Counted from the first letter of the stretch, positions 46,152-55,896 are shown. The stretch is 64,000 bases of DNA from an uncultured Smithella sp. (GCA_964443625.1 CAYUDM010000003.1:50324-114323); one strand, 5' to 3'. Program-made: numbers and translations. Notes: generated by a model not told the origin, from the letters alone.

Positions 46152-46994
46152 TCAATGGGCCGCGACCCGGATAATGATTGCCGAAACGCAAGCCCATAAA
46201 AGAATGCCCGCGCTGGCCAGAATGCAGGCGTAGGCCAGAAGTTTCGCCCAGGCGCTTTCCTGTTTCTGATCATTATAACCCATGGCCCAGCTCAGCGCGA
46301 TGCCGGCCGCCAGGCCGCCGCCGTGCGCCCAGTTGTTGATGCCGGGAAAGATAAATCCCAGGATGATCAGGCCGACCACCCAGCCGAGCGTTTGTTTGAA
46401 GATCGCTTCCCCGTAGGACCCGCCGCGGCTTTTTCCGTAATAGAGTATCGCGCCGATCAGCCCGCAGATACAGGCCGACGCACCGATCGTGAAGCGGACG
46501 CCGGCCAGAATCGATACGGCAAACCCGATCATGCCGGTGAGAATATACAGGTTGACGAAACGGTGCATGCCGAATTCCCGTAAAACGAACGGACCGATCT
46601 GGTATAGTGCCATCATGTTGAAGCCGAGATGGATGATGCCGCCGTGGAGAAATGAGGCCGACACAAGCGTCCAGACGCGCATAAGATCCAAAACGGGAAA
46701 TGTGCCGGTAGCGCCCAGCAAGAGCAGGCTCTGGTTGGAAGGAGACAGGAAACGAAACGGACTGCCGCCCGAAAAGAGGCCCTGAGGGAACAAAATCAGC
46801 GACAGCGCGAAAAAAACAATATTGATGGCGATGATCGTTTTGACCGGCCCGAAGGCAAAGAAAATGTTGCGCAGTTTGCCCGCCTTGCTGTGCAGGGCTG
46901 GTTGGATCAGCCCGCAGTAAGGACACGATGATTCATCCCGGCTGATCAGCTTGCGGCAGTTGGGGCATAAAATGGAGTTTCTTCCAGAGGTCAT
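46152..46994 (-). CDS. Rhomboid-family intramembrane serine protease with an N-terminal zinc ribbon
   Basis: CPNCRK...CPYCG zinc ribbon. Rhomboid motifs are HGGIIHLGFNM, the catalytic Ser in TIGASACICGLIGA and His in NNWAHGGGLAAG. Confidence 0.8.
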   Translation of the reverse strand: MTSGRNSILCPNCRKLISRDESSCPYCGLIQPALHSKAGKLRNIFFAFGPVKTIIAINIVFFALSLILFPQGLFSGGSPFRFLSPSNQSLLLLGATGTFPVLDLMRVWTLVSASFLHGGIIHLGFNMMALYQIGPFVLREFGMHRFVNLYILTGMIGFAVSILAGVRFTIGASACICGLIGAILYYGKSRGGSYGEAIFKQTLGWVVGLIILGFIFPGINNWAHGGGLAAGIALSWAMGYNDQKQESAWAKLLAYACILASAGILLWACVSAIIIRVAAH

Positions 46995-47088
46995 GCAATC
47001 GTCCTGAAAATTTTGGTCATTTTATTAACAACAATATGTCGGGTTGTAAAGAAAAATACACCCGACCGACCTTGACGAACCCGGCGCG

Positions 47089-48273
47089 ATGGGTCATAGT
47101 GCGCGCCGGGGAAAAACCATGAAAGTTCATGACAGAAAGACGGTTCGCATCGAATCGGTCGCCTTCGGCGGAGAAGGTATCGCACGCGTTGAAGCGTTTG
47201 TCTTGTTTGTTCCCTTTTCGGCGCCGGGTGATCTGGCCGAAATTGAAATTGTGACGATGAAAAAGCGATTCGGGCGCGGGCGCATGGTTGCTGTTTTAGA
47301 ACCGTCTCCCTCGCGAACCGCGCCGTGCTGTGCGTCTTACGGACATTGCGGCGGCTGCTGCTATCAGCACATCGCTTATGACGCCCAGTTGACCATCAAA
47401 CAAAAACAGGTCGCCGACGCGCTGGTCAAAATAGCCGGGATGGGCAATCCACCGGCGATACAGATGGTGGCCTCGCCTGAGGATTACGGCTACCGGGGAA
47501 AGGCCGTCTTGCATTCTCACCCCGTCAAGGGCAGGCCGCCCATCCTGGGATTCGTGGATGTCTCGGGAGGCCGGATTGCCGACATCGCCCGCTGTGAAAT
47601 CGTCCATGAAAGCATCAACGATCAGATTGCCCGGCTTCGTCATCAGCCTTGCAGTCGGCGGGAAAGAAGCGATATCGTCTTGTGGTCCTGCGACACGGGA
47701 ACGGGGCCTGTTTTGCGGGAAGTCAAAGGTGCGACGTTTGCGGTTCCACGCGAGGGTTTTTTTCAGAATAATTTATATCTCACCGGCCGGATGATTGATG
47801 AAGTGCTTCGTCTTTCGGGATCGCCCCGTTTCCGGACGGTGGTCGATGCCTGCTGCGGAGTCGGGCTTTTTTCTCTGTTTATCGCGCCTTTTGCCCGACG
47901 GGTGATCGGTGTGGAAATTTCACAGGAGGCGGTGGATTTTGCGCGGCAAAACGCCAAGAAGCTGGGAGTGGACAATGTGGTGTTTGTGGCCGGTGACATT
48001 GCCGGTTTTTTTGCGTCGGACCTTATCAGAAAGGAAAAGAATATTGATCTTGTCCTTCTGGATCCGCCTCGAGCGGGTTTGACCGTTGAAGCTATGGAGG
48101 GGCTGCTGGACATCCATCCTCCTGAAATTCTTTATATATCCTGTAATCCGGCTTCACTGGCGCGGGATGCGCAAAAACTATTCGGGGCGGGGTACCGGAT
48201 AGACGAAATCGTCTGCCTGGATATGTTTCCCCAAACGCAGCATATTGAATTAATTGCCTATCTGGTTTCGTAA
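47089..48273 (+). CDS. rlmD: 23S rRNA (uracil-C5) methyltransferase RlmD/RumA family
   Basis: TRAM domain (VESVAFGGEGIARV), Fe-S motif C..YGHCGGCCYQH, SAM motif DACCGVGLFSL, and the catalytic ISCNPASLARD. The start may be ATG 47119. Confidence 0.85.
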   Translation: MGHSARRGKTMKVHDRKTVRIESVAFGGEGIARVEAFVLFVPFSAPGDLAEIEIVTMKKRFGRGRMVAVLEPSPSRTAPCCASYGHCGGCCYQHIAYDAQLTIKQKQVADALVKIAGMGNPPAIQMVASPEDYGYRGKAVLHSHPVKGRPPILGFVDVSGGRIADIARCEIVHESINDQIARLRHQPCSRRERSDIVLWSCDTGTGPVLREVKGATFAVPREGFFQNNLYLTGRMIDEVLRLSGSPRFRTVVDACCGVGLFSLFIAPFARRVIGVEISQEAVDFARQNAKKLGVDNVVFVAGDIAGFFASDLIRKEKNIDLVLLDPPRAGLTVEAMEGLLDIHPPEILYISCNPASLARDAQKLFGAGYRIDEIVCLDMFPQTQHIELIAYLVS

Positions 48274-48729
48274 GCGGTATCGGCGGGGGCTTGCCGTCTT
48301 CTCGAACGGCCCTGTCGGTTGTAAAAAAGATGATCTGAAATGACAGAAATAGATTGACAGGATCGAAAGATGGATATAGGCAAACCGACTTAATGAGGTG
48401 TGCAAATAGATTTCACCGCGTAGTACTTTTCTCCCTGCTTTTTTCGCATCTTCTTTTCTAAACGGTAGAAGCAGTGCACACAAATCCACTTCCTTAGCGT
48501 TGCGACCGCTCCGGTTCTTTTCAGTTCTTGTCTGACGGATGGACCCAGGCGGCAGCTATCTTTTTTCTAAGTACAGTTTTTTTGCGGCAGCGTCGACGTC
48601 ACAGGCTTTTAAACGGGATATGGGATGTTTGATTGCAGCAGACCACGTCAAGAGGGTTGAGACGGGCAGGATATGAGGCGTAAGAATCTTGACGGGTGTT
48701 TCTGATTGAAGGACTCTTCGGATTGACTT

Positions 48730-49254
48730 TTGTTGTGCATGACGGATGTTCTAATGAGCGGCGTTAAGAAATCAAATGGGGATCTCGCCTTGCAAAGCGC
48801 TTTGGAGTTTCAGCCGAAAGCGCCTGATGCGCCCGGTGATGCCTTCGAGGACATCGACGCGGAGGATACGGATTATCCGACGGGGACGGAAACTATTATG
48901 TTTGTCGATGATGAAGCGGTCATTCTGGAAGTTAACCGCGACATTCTGGAATTTCTGGGTTACCGGGTAATCACAGCTCAAACCGGCAGGGAGGCCGTCG
49001 AAATTTATCGTCGACAGCGTGAAGAGATCGCTTTGGTGATTCAGGACATGGTCATGCCCGGAATGAACGGCGCGGATATTTTTTCGGCGCTCAAAGCGAT
49101 CAATCCCGATGTCAAAGTCATTTTAGCCAGCGGTTACGTCATGAACAAGCAAATTGACGCCGTCATGCGCCAGGGTTGCCGGGCCTTTATGCAGAAACCT
49201 TTCCGCCTGGAGGATCTGGCCCATAAAGTTCGCGAAATTCTCGACGAGCCATGA
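48730..49254 (+). CDS. Stand-alone response regulator receiver protein with an acidic N-terminal extension
   Basis: The REC domain is IMFVDDE....VIQDMVMPGMNG...VILASGY...FMQKPF. There is no output domain. The start codon is uncertain (TTG 48730, or ATG a few codons in). Confidence 0.75.
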   Translation: MLCMTDVLMSGVKKSNGDLALQSALEFQPKAPDAPGDAFEDIDAEDTDYPTGTETIMFVDDEAVILEVNRDILEFLGYRVITAQTGREAVEIYRRQREEIALVIQDMVMPGMNGADIFSALKAINPDVKVILASGYVMNKQIDAVMRQGCRAFMQKPFRLEDLAHKVREILDEP

Positions 49255-49343
49255 TTTTTTTATGGCAATGAAGAAAAAATACTGCTATTTTCCCGCGGTA
49301 AACATAACTGAATTTCATATTGTCTTAAGGAGATGAGAAAACG

Positions 49344-49718
49344 ATGCCATCAAAAAGCAGGGACGTGAGAATCGAGCAGCGGCGGGTGCTGGAGAAGAAG
49401 CTGGAAGCAAGGCTTGCCATGCTGGCCGCGCAGGGGATCGCCAAGGAAAAAATCCAGAAAGACCCTTTGGTGAAAAATTTAAAATCGAAAATCAAGGAAA
49501 CCGGCGCCCGAATCGCGGCCTTTGACAAGAACATTCAAAAGGCGCAGGAGCTTCAGGCCGCGAAGGCTCAAAAGCTTGAAGACGCCAAGACCGGAAAGAA
49601 AAAAGAAGCTTCACCGGAAAAGGAAACCAAACCCAAAAAGAAAGCGGCCGCGGCCGAAGGGGCCACGGACGCGGCGAAAAAGTCCGCCAAGAAAAAAGAA
49701 GGCGCGAAAGCCAAGTAA
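49344..49718 (+). CDS. Lys-rich coiled-coil/low-complexity protein (124 aa, hypothetical)
   Basis: RBS AAGGAGA, then ATG 49344. The C-terminal 45 aa are K/A/E-rich (KTGKKKEASPEKETKPKKKAAAAEG..KKSAKKKEGAKAK). A strong terminator follows. Confidence 0.5.
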   Translation: MPSKSRDVRIEQRRVLEKKLEARLAMLAAQGIAKEKIQKDPLVKNLKSKIKETGARIAAFDKNIQKAQELQAAKAQKLEDAKTGKKKEASPEKETKPKKKAAAAEGATDAAKKSAKKKEGAKAK

Positions 49719-49735
49719 GAAGGTCCGAAAAAAAA

Positions 49736-49768
49736 GGGCAAACTGATAATTATCAGTTTGCCCTTTTT
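49736..49768. terminator. Bidirectional intrinsic terminator
   Basis: Perfect 28-nt palindrome GGGCAAACTGATAATTATCAGTTTGCCC flanked by an A-run (5') and a T-run (3'). It lies between the convergent Lys-rich gene and tRNA-Glu. Confidence 0.75.
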
Positions 49769-49775
49769 AATATTC

Positions 49776-49851
49776 TGGCGTCCCCACGGGGAGTCGAACC
49801 CCGGTTACAGGCGTGAAAGGCCCGTGTCCTAGGCCTCTAGACGATGGGGAC
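49776..49851 (-). tRNA. tRNA-Glu (anticodon UUC), CCA encoded
   Basis: The reverse complement GTCCCCATCGTCTAGAGGCCTAGGACACGGGCCTTTCACGCCTGTAACCGGGGTTCGACTCCCCGTGGGGACGCCA folds as a cloverleaf. Acceptor stem GTCCCCA/TGGGGAC, anticodon loop CTTTCAC, T-loop TTCGACT. Confidence 0.9.
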
Positions 49852-50120
49852 GTTTGAGGCCGACCCGAACAAGTAAGTTGCGCCTTATATATTTTTAAAA
49901 CCGGAATGTCAAGCACCGCATCCAATTATTTTTAGGCTATGGTTTCAAAAGAAGCGGTGGTCGGATGTCCTCAAGAAATCGCGCTTGCGCTAGCGCTCAG
50001 AGCCGTCAACTTTCCTGATTATAATCCGCTTCGGCGGTATTGGTTAAAGTTCAAGAAACCTTGAAATTCCGGCCTGAAGTGTCGATTCAACCGATTGGCC
50101 GGAGAAGGGGAGGGCACGCC

Positions 50121-50702
50121 ATGAATGTGAGAGACTACAGAAAGCCGGAACATCCCGTGGATGAATTGTTCATCCGTCGCTGGTCGCCCCGGGCGATGTC
50201 GGGGGAAGAAATTGACGATGCGACGCTTTTGCCGCTTCTGGAGGCCGCCCGCTGGGCGCCATCGTCCAACAATAATCAACCCTGGCGGTTCATCTACGCG
50301 CGACGCGATACGCCTTTCTGGAATACCTTTTACAGTCTTTTAAATGAAGGCAATCAAATCTGGGCGAAAAACGCGGCGGTCCTGATCGTGGTGGTTTCTA
50401 AAACGACTTTTGACACAGGCAAGCCATCGCGAACGCACTCGTTTGACACAGGCGCGGCCTGGGCCAGTCTGGCGCTGATGGGAACCATTTCGGGGCTGGT
50501 GGTTCACGGCATGCAGGGGTTCGATTACGAAGAGGCGAAAATGCAACTTCAGGTTCCCGACGACCATCAGGTGGAAGCGATGATCGCCGTGGGCCGTCCA
50601 GGCCGCAAAGAGGATCTGCCCGGGTTCCTGCAGGAGAGGGAATTTCCATCATCCCGAAAAAGCATCAACCAGATTGCCGCCTCAGGCGTCTTTTCATTTT
50701 AG
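50121..50702 (+). CDS. Nitroreductase-family protein
   Basis: The internal Met MNVRDYRKPEHPVDELFIRRWSPRAMSGEEI...LLEAARWAPSSNNNQPWRFIY is the nitroreductase FMN-binding signature. Confidence 0.8.
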   Translation: MNVRDYRKPEHPVDELFIRRWSPRAMSGEEIDDATLLPLLEAARWAPSSNNNQPWRFIYARRDTPFWNTFYSLLNEGNQIWAKNAAVLIVVVSKTTFDTGKPSRTHSFDTGAAWASLALMGTISGLVVHGMQGFDYEEAKMQLQVPDDHQVEAMIAVGRPGRKEDLPGFLQEREFPSSRKSINQIAASGVFSF

Positions 50703-50933
50703 CATCAGGCTTGCCCGCGGCGCGCAGAAACCCTTTAGGCTCAGAGGCGGGGGGTCGCTCCCGCTTAGGAGCCTTTACGGAATCTTCTCTTCGAACAAAA
50801 ATACGTCACGCCGTCGCCTTGTGAATCGGAAAGAATCGCATGAGGAAATTCCGGTTATCGTTTCAGGAACAGCAGTTTTAGTCCGCGAGGAATCCACCAT
50901 TTGCCGAAATTCGTGTCCGACCGTGCCGAACGC

Positions 50934-51206
50934 TTATTGCTTCTTGTCGGCATGCACGAAATACTCGGAAACTTTCCGGTAATTTTCGTCGGCCATAGCT
51001 TTGAAGTCGCTGCGTCCTTTGCGGTAGGATTCCGTCATCTGGTTGAAAATCTTTTTACCTTCCGGCGTCATCCAGGCGGATTTTTCCATAAATCTCGAGA
51101 CGATTGACTCCGTTTCGTCCTGGAGATTCGTCACTGTGGTGTAAAAGTTGTCGAAAGCTTTTTTATTGAACTCCATCAATTGCTTCGCGGTCTGTTTTGC
51201 ATCCAT
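50934..51206 (-). CDS. Phasin-like small protein (90 aa)
   Basis: From MDAKQTAKQLMEFNKKAFDNFYTTVTNLQDETE...WMTPEGKKIFNQMTESYRKGRSDFK, a pattern I associate with phasin-family proteins. RBS GAAGGAGG upstream of ATG 51206. Confidence 0.45.
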   Translation of the reverse strand: MDAKQTAKQLMEFNKKAFDNFYTTVTNLQDETESIVSRFMEKSAWMTPEGKKIFNQMTESYRKGRSDFKAMADENYRKVSEYFVHADKKQ

Positions 51207-51296
51207 ACGATACCTCCTTCTTAAAATTATTATACAGGGATCCTTTTGCACGCCCGAAATCAACACGCCGGGACCCCAAAGAAACGATCCGTCAAA

Positions 51297-51620
51297 TTAA
51301 TGATATTTTAAGGCGTCGGCGCGCCTGGGGAAAATCTTGAGAATCCTTCCAGTTTGAAGAATAGCGCGGATTTTCGGATTTGCCGAGGCGGGGTTCTTCC
51401 GGGGTTCTGGAACTCCCCGGACGCAGAAATCCGTCAGCATGTCCATCGGGTCCACGCGCAGAATTTCACTGCAATTGGCACAGCAATAGTGCATGATCCC
51501 GTCAAAGGGATCATGGCCGAGGTATCGGAAAACGGGAGATTCGGACTGGTTCTGAGACAACGCATTGCCTGCCCGGCCTTTGCATCCGCAGGCCTGGCAT
51601 ATGATAAAGTTCGCTAACAT
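51297..51620 (-). CDS. Small Cys-rich hypothetical protein (107 aa)
   Basis: CQAC...CANC pairs suggest a zinc ribbon. No recognised family. The coding call rests on ORF length only. Confidence 0.3.
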   Translation of the reverse strand: MLANFIICQACGCKGRAGNALSQNQSESPVFRYLGHDPFDGIMHYCCANCSEILRVDPMDMLTDFCVRGVPEPRKNPASANPKIRAILQTGRILKIFPRRADALKYH

Positions 51621-51965
51621 TTTCCTTCACCTAAATCGAGTTTGGGTTTCGTTAAAAAGTTAGTTCACAATATCAGACACTGTGTTTATCGGTTGCTGTC
51701 TAAAAAAAGATTTAGAAAAGTAATGAGGGTTGCCAAAACGCCTTTTGTAGTGTCATATCAAAAGTATGAACATTCGCGACTATTGTATTCACGGATGAAG
51801 GCCGTGTCAATATTAAATCGACAGTATTAAATCGATAATCAAGCCGTTTCAGAAAATTATTTTGGCAAAGGGGTGTGATGCGGCAACTTGGTTTTGTCTT
51901 AGCGTATCTTGCTATCTTGACGGAAACAGGTTATAGAAACGTAAAAAAAACGCACAACTCACAGG

Positions 51966-52910
51966 ATGAACATGACCGAGAAAGAACCGGAAAAATGGCT
52001 GAAACTCAATATTACGGCGCACGTGGACATGATCGACGCAATCAGCAATTTTCTTGAAGAAACGGGCGCTTCGGGGGTCTTTTCCGAGTCCCTGCTTCCT
52101 CCCGGCGCCAATGAGTTTCCCGATCCATCCGATAGCGAAGCCGTTTTCGCTTTTTTCCCTGCGGATGTCCGCATGGAAAAGCGTGTGTATAATATACGTA
52201 AGTATATGAAAAACTTGGAAGATATATTCCCTGACTTCCCCGCGCCGCAAATCGAGACGGAAATTGTCGTCGATCCCGACTGGGGCGAGCAATGGAAGAA
52301 GTATTTCAAACCCATTCGGGTATGCAACAATATCGTTGTGAAACCGACCTGGGAACGATACGCGCCGGCCAGCCGGGACATTGTCATCGAGATCGATCCC
52401 GGCATGGCGTTCGGTACCGGGCAGCACGCATCTACGCGAATGTGCATGGATGCCATCGAAGAGATCCTTCTCAAGGACCGCTCCGTTTCGGAATGGAAAG
52501 TGCTTGATGTCGGCTGCGGGACGGGTATTTTAGGGATTACCGCGGCCAAACTCGGCGCCCAGGACGTGATCTGTGTTGATAATGATCCGAAGGCGACGCA
52601 GATCGCCGGTGAAAACGCCAGGCTCAATGATGTTGATCTTCGTATTTTGAACATGGATGTCGCGCAAATCAGAGACTCGCGAAACCTCATCATCGCCAAT
52701 CTGACCGCTAAACTGCTTGTTAAACATTCCGCGCATTTGATCAAACTGCTTTTGCCTGACGGGTATATCGTTCTGTCGGGGATTATCGAGCAGGACGTTT
52801 TGGCAATCGAAGAGCATTTTTGCGTGCCGCCGCTTGAGATGCATCGCGTGCTGACGGAAAAAGAATGGGTCTGTTATGTGCTGAAAAGAAGACCGGCGGA
52901 TGCGGTCTGA
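51966..52910 (+). CDS. prmA: Ribosomal protein L11 methyltransferase
   Basis: PWGEQWKKYFKPIRV, GMAFGTGQHASTRMC and VLDVGCGTGILGI motifs. Confidence 0.9.
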   Translation: MNMTEKEPEKWLKLNITAHVDMIDAISNFLEETGASGVFSESLLPPGANEFPDPSDSEAVFAFFPADVRMEKRVYNIRKYMKNLEDIFPDFPAPQIETEIVVDPDWGEQWKKYFKPIRVCNNIVVKPTWERYAPASRDIVIEIDPGMAFGTGQHASTRMCMDAIEEILLKDRSVSEWKVLDVGCGTGILGITAAKLGAQDVICVDNDPKATQIAGENARLNDVDLRILNMDVAQIRDSRNLIIANLTAKLLVKHSAHLIKLLLPDGYIVLSGIIEQDVLAIEEHFCVPPLEMHRVLTEKEWVCYVLKRRPADAV

Positions 52911-52946
52911 CCCGGACGACAGAATGATAAAAGGATCTGTGGGCCT

Positions 52947-53720
52947 TTGACACTTCCCCGACTCTATAGTTCCACCAACCTGCAAAATGCGGCCGATTGT
53001 TCGCTGGGCCCGGACAATTTGCGCTATCTCAAAAACGTACTGCGCCTTAAGCCAGGAGATGCGCTGTCTGTTTTCGACGGTTTCGGCCATGAATATATGG
53101 CCCGGATCGACGCCTTTGGCAACGACAGTGTCCGGGTGCGTCTGGAACAACCGATCGACCATTCGGACAAAAGCATCCATGTGACGCTGGCCCAGGCCGT
53201 TCCGAAAGCGAATAAAATGGATGCCATCGTAAAAAGCGCCGCGGAACTCGGCGTCGATGAAATCATCGCGTTTGCCGGCGAGCGGTCCATCAGCCGCATA
53301 GGGAGCGAAAAAGCCGCGTCGAGAGTGGAACGCTGGCAGAAAATCGTAACGGAAGCAGCCCGCTGTACGCGCAGCGCATATGTCGCCCGTGTCTTTGGTG
53401 TGCTCTCCTTTCAAGAGATGCTTGCCTGCGCGATGCCCGGGGCGGCCAAATGGATCTTCTGGGAGGAAGAAAACCGGCGCACCATCCGTGATGTGCTCAC
53501 CGATCCGGCCGGGAGCGGGAAGGACTCGTTGTTCATCATCATCGGACCTGAGGGGGGGCTGTCAAAAGACGAGGTTCGGTTTGCCCGTGACACCGGATTT
53601 TTATCCGTGACGCTGGGGCGGCGAATTTTGAAGGTGGAAACAGCCGCTGCCGCGATTCTGTCGATGATTCAGTACGAGAAAGGTTTTTTCAGCCATCGAT
53701 CTTTAACCGGGGAGGAGTAA
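52947..53720 (+). CDS. rsmE: 16S rRNA (uracil1498-N3) methyltransferase
   Basis: PUA-like N-terminus (YLKNVLRLKPGD), then ...LAQAVPKANKMDAIVKSAAELGV and IGPEGGLSKDEV...LGRRILKVETAA (SPOUT knot). TTG start. Confidence 0.85.
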   Translation: MTLPRLYSSTNLQNAADCSLGPDNLRYLKNVLRLKPGDALSVFDGFGHEYMARIDAFGNDSVRVRLEQPIDHSDKSIHVTLAQAVPKANKMDAIVKSAAELGVDEIIAFAGERSISRIGSEKAASRVERWQKIVTEAARCTRSAYVARVFGVLSFQEMLACAMPGAAKWIFWEEENRRTIRDVLTDPAGSGKDSLFIIIGPEGGLSKDEVRFARDTGFLSVTLGRRILKVETAAAAILSMIQYEKGFFSHRSLTGEE

Positions 53721-53722
53721 AT

Positions 53723-54346
53723 ATGGTCTTGTATAAATATGCGGGTTTCTGGCGTCGTCTGATCGCTTACATGATTGACGGATTTATTTTAACGATCATC
53801 TTTTCCGTCCTGATGATCATTGCCGGCGTCGCCTTTTTTGCCGGAGCGCTCACCAGCGAAAGCGGCCAATGGGCGGCGACTCTGACGGATCCGGAACGGA
53901 TGACCGGTCTTACTATGGGGGTTTGGCTGTTTACGACGATTATCAATATGGCCTATTTTATTTATTTTCACGGCGCCACCGGACGCACACCAGGCAAGAT
54001 GCTTTTAAATCTTCAAGTTGTCACAACCGACGGCGCTCCCATCGGTTTCGGCATCGCATTTCTGCGGTCGGTCGGCTATATCGTATCGGGGCTGATTTTC
54101 GGTCTGGGATATATCTGGGCCGCATTCGACAGAAGAAAGCAGGCCTGGCATGACAAGATCGCGGGCACGGTCGTGATTATCCGCGTACCGCAAGATGATG
54201 CAGCCGGTCTTTTTATATCCGACGGCGCCCCGCGAACGGCCGTTTTTTCAGGTGACGGAGGCGGAATGCCGGACGTCTCGAAAGAAGACACCGTGGCGGC
54301 AGCCGCGCAATCCGACCAAACGGCGGAAAACCAAAAAATGCCTTGA
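53723..54346 (+). CDS. RDD-family membrane protein
   Basis: YAGFWRRLIAYMIDG..., ...GRTPGKMLLNLQVV... and ...AWHDKIAGTVVI are RDD-domain hallmarks. Confidence 0.75.
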   Translation: MVLYKYAGFWRRLIAYMIDGFILTIIFSVLMIIAGVAFFAGALTSESGQWAATLTDPERMTGLTMGVWLFTTIINMAYFIYFHGATGRTPGKMLLNLQVVTTDGAPIGFGIAFLRSVGYIVSGLIFGLGYIWAAFDRRKQAWHDKIAGTVVIIRVPQDDAAGLFISDGAPRTAVFSGDGGGMPDVSKEDTVAAAAQSDQTAENQKMP

Positions 54347-54404
54347 CAAAGCAGACCTTATTTTATAGACGATTCGTGCTTTTCCGCCGGGTAAACTTTC
54401 AGGC

Positions 54405-54480
54405 GGGTCGGTAGCTCAGTCGGTAGAGCATCGGACTGAAAATCCGAGTGTCGGCAGTTCGATTCTGCCCTGACCCACCA
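54405..54480 (+). tRNA. tRNA-Phe (anticodon GAA), CCA encoded
   Basis: GGGTCGGTAGCTCAGTCGGTAGAGCATCGGACTGAAAATCCGAGTGTCGGCAGTTCGATTCTGCCCTGACCCACCA folds as a cloverleaf. Anticodon loop CTGAAAA, T-loop TTCGATT. Confidence 0.9.
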
Positions 54481-54490
54481 TCTTATATAG

Positions 54491-54516
54491 GCCCTCTTTA
54501 TTTAAGAGGGCTTTTT
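54491..54516 (+). terminator. Intrinsic terminator after tRNA-Phe
   Basis: GCCCTCTT-TATTT-AAGAGGGC hairpin followed by TTTTT. Confidence 0.65.
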
Positions 54517-54540
54517 ATTGTGACTTCACAATAGGCCGCA

Positions 54541-55884
54541 ATGGCAGCAGTATCTGACGTGCGCATGGGGAAAAAACTGAAAATTCTGCTTGTTAATCCG
54601 CCGAACTGCGGCCGCAGCATTCCCGAGGAACAATACGGCATTACCTCGCTGAAAAGAATCTTCAAAGGCGAGCCGTTCAGCCTGGAAGTCCTGGCCGGAC
54701 CGCTTTGCGAGCATGATGTGCGCATTTTCGATGGTAAGTGCGAACCTTCCGATACCCTGTTTGATCTTGCGTCCTCCTGGCAGCCGGATATCGTCGGCTT
54801 TACGGCGTTGACCTGCGAAACCAATACCGTGATCCGTCAAGCCGCGACGATCCGGAATATCGTTCCGGCCATAACGGTTGTCGGCGGCAACGCGGCCACC
54901 TGTCATCCCGAGTCTTTCAATCGATCCGAATTCGACTATGTCGCCATTGGTCTGGCCAAAAAGAGCTTCGCCGAACTCGTCAATTGCCTGGCCGCCGGAA
55001 AATCGGCTTTCGGCATCGGCGGGATCGCCCGCGTCGAGGCGTCAAAGCCCCTGTCCTGGAAGCCTCGGCCCTACAGCCGGAAAGACGCGATGGAGGATGT
55101 GGCGCCGCGCTACGATCTGGTTTCTCAGTATCGCAGCCATTACTATCTGGAACAGCTCGGCCTCGCGATGGGTTTTGTCGTGACGGCCTACGGCTGCACG
55201 CATGCCTGCTCGTTTTGCACGATTCCGGGGCTGACCGGTGGAAAATATCTGACCCAGTCGGCCGACTCGGTTGTGCGCGACATCCGGCTTTTGGGAGACA
55301 TTCCATTTGTTCGAATGGTAGACGCCAATACATTCGGGAACAAAGCCCAGGCCATGGAACTGTGCCGGAAGATTCAAAAGGCCGGCATCCGGAAAAAATA
55401 CTTTGCCGATGTGCGCGCCGACACGGTTATTCGTCATCCCGACCTGATTGCCGCATGGAAAGAAGCGGGTTTGTATGCTGTTGTTGTCGGTTTTGAAGAT
55501 CTTGCCGCCGAACGTCTGGAGGCCTACAACAAAAAATATTCCGGATCGGCCGTGCGCCGCGCGATCGACATCCTGCATGATCTGGGGGTTGTCATTGTCG
55601 GCGATTTCATCGCCTCCCCCGACTATGTCGAAGCCGATTTCCAAAGACTCGAGGGCTTTATCGTCAAAAACCGCATCGAGATACCGGTCATTTCGGTTTT
55701 GACACCGATGCCCGGAACACCGCTTTATCAGGCGAAGAAGACAGACATTGTCATTACCGATCTGGACTATTATACCTTTACCAACGCTGTGACAAAGACG
55801 GCATTGCCGGAAGATCAGTTTTATAAAATTTATGCCGATCTGGTCATGAAACTGCACGCCCGACCCCATCGGCCGGAGGCGTAA
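54541..55884 (+). CDS. B12-binding-domain radical SAM protein (second copy in the window)
   Basis: N-terminal cobalamin-binding-like region (KILLVNPP...IVGFTALT...VVGGNA) and the cluster motif AYGCTHACSFCTIPG (CxxxCxxC). Confidence 0.85.
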   Translation: MAAVSDVRMGKKLKILLVNPPNCGRSIPEEQYGITSLKRIFKGEPFSLEVLAGPLCEHDVRIFDGKCEPSDTLFDLASSWQPDIVGFTALTCETNTVIRQAATIRNIVPAITVVGGNAATCHPESFNRSEFDYVAIGLAKKSFAELVNCLAAGKSAFGIGGIARVEASKPLSWKPRPYSRKDAMEDVAPRYDLVSQYRSHYYLEQLGLAMGFVVTAYGCTHACSFCTIPGLTGGKYLTQSADSVVRDIRLLGDIPFVRMVDANTFGNKAQAMELCRKIQKAGIRKKYFADVRADTVIRHPDLIAAWKEAGLYAVVVGFEDLAAERLEAYNKKYSGSAVRRAIDILHDLGVVIVGDFIASPDYVEADFQRLEGFIVKNRIEIPVISVLTPMPGTPLYQAKKTDIVITDLDYYTFTNAVTKTALPEDQFYKIYADLVMKLHARPHRPEA

Positions 55885-55896
55885 AAAAGGAGCAAC

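Noticed and set aside
48250-48489. A 79-aa minus-strand ORF lies in the long intergenic region.
   Set aside because: It has no RBS and overlaps the rlmD 3' end. The sequence is low-complexity, and no motif is recognisable.
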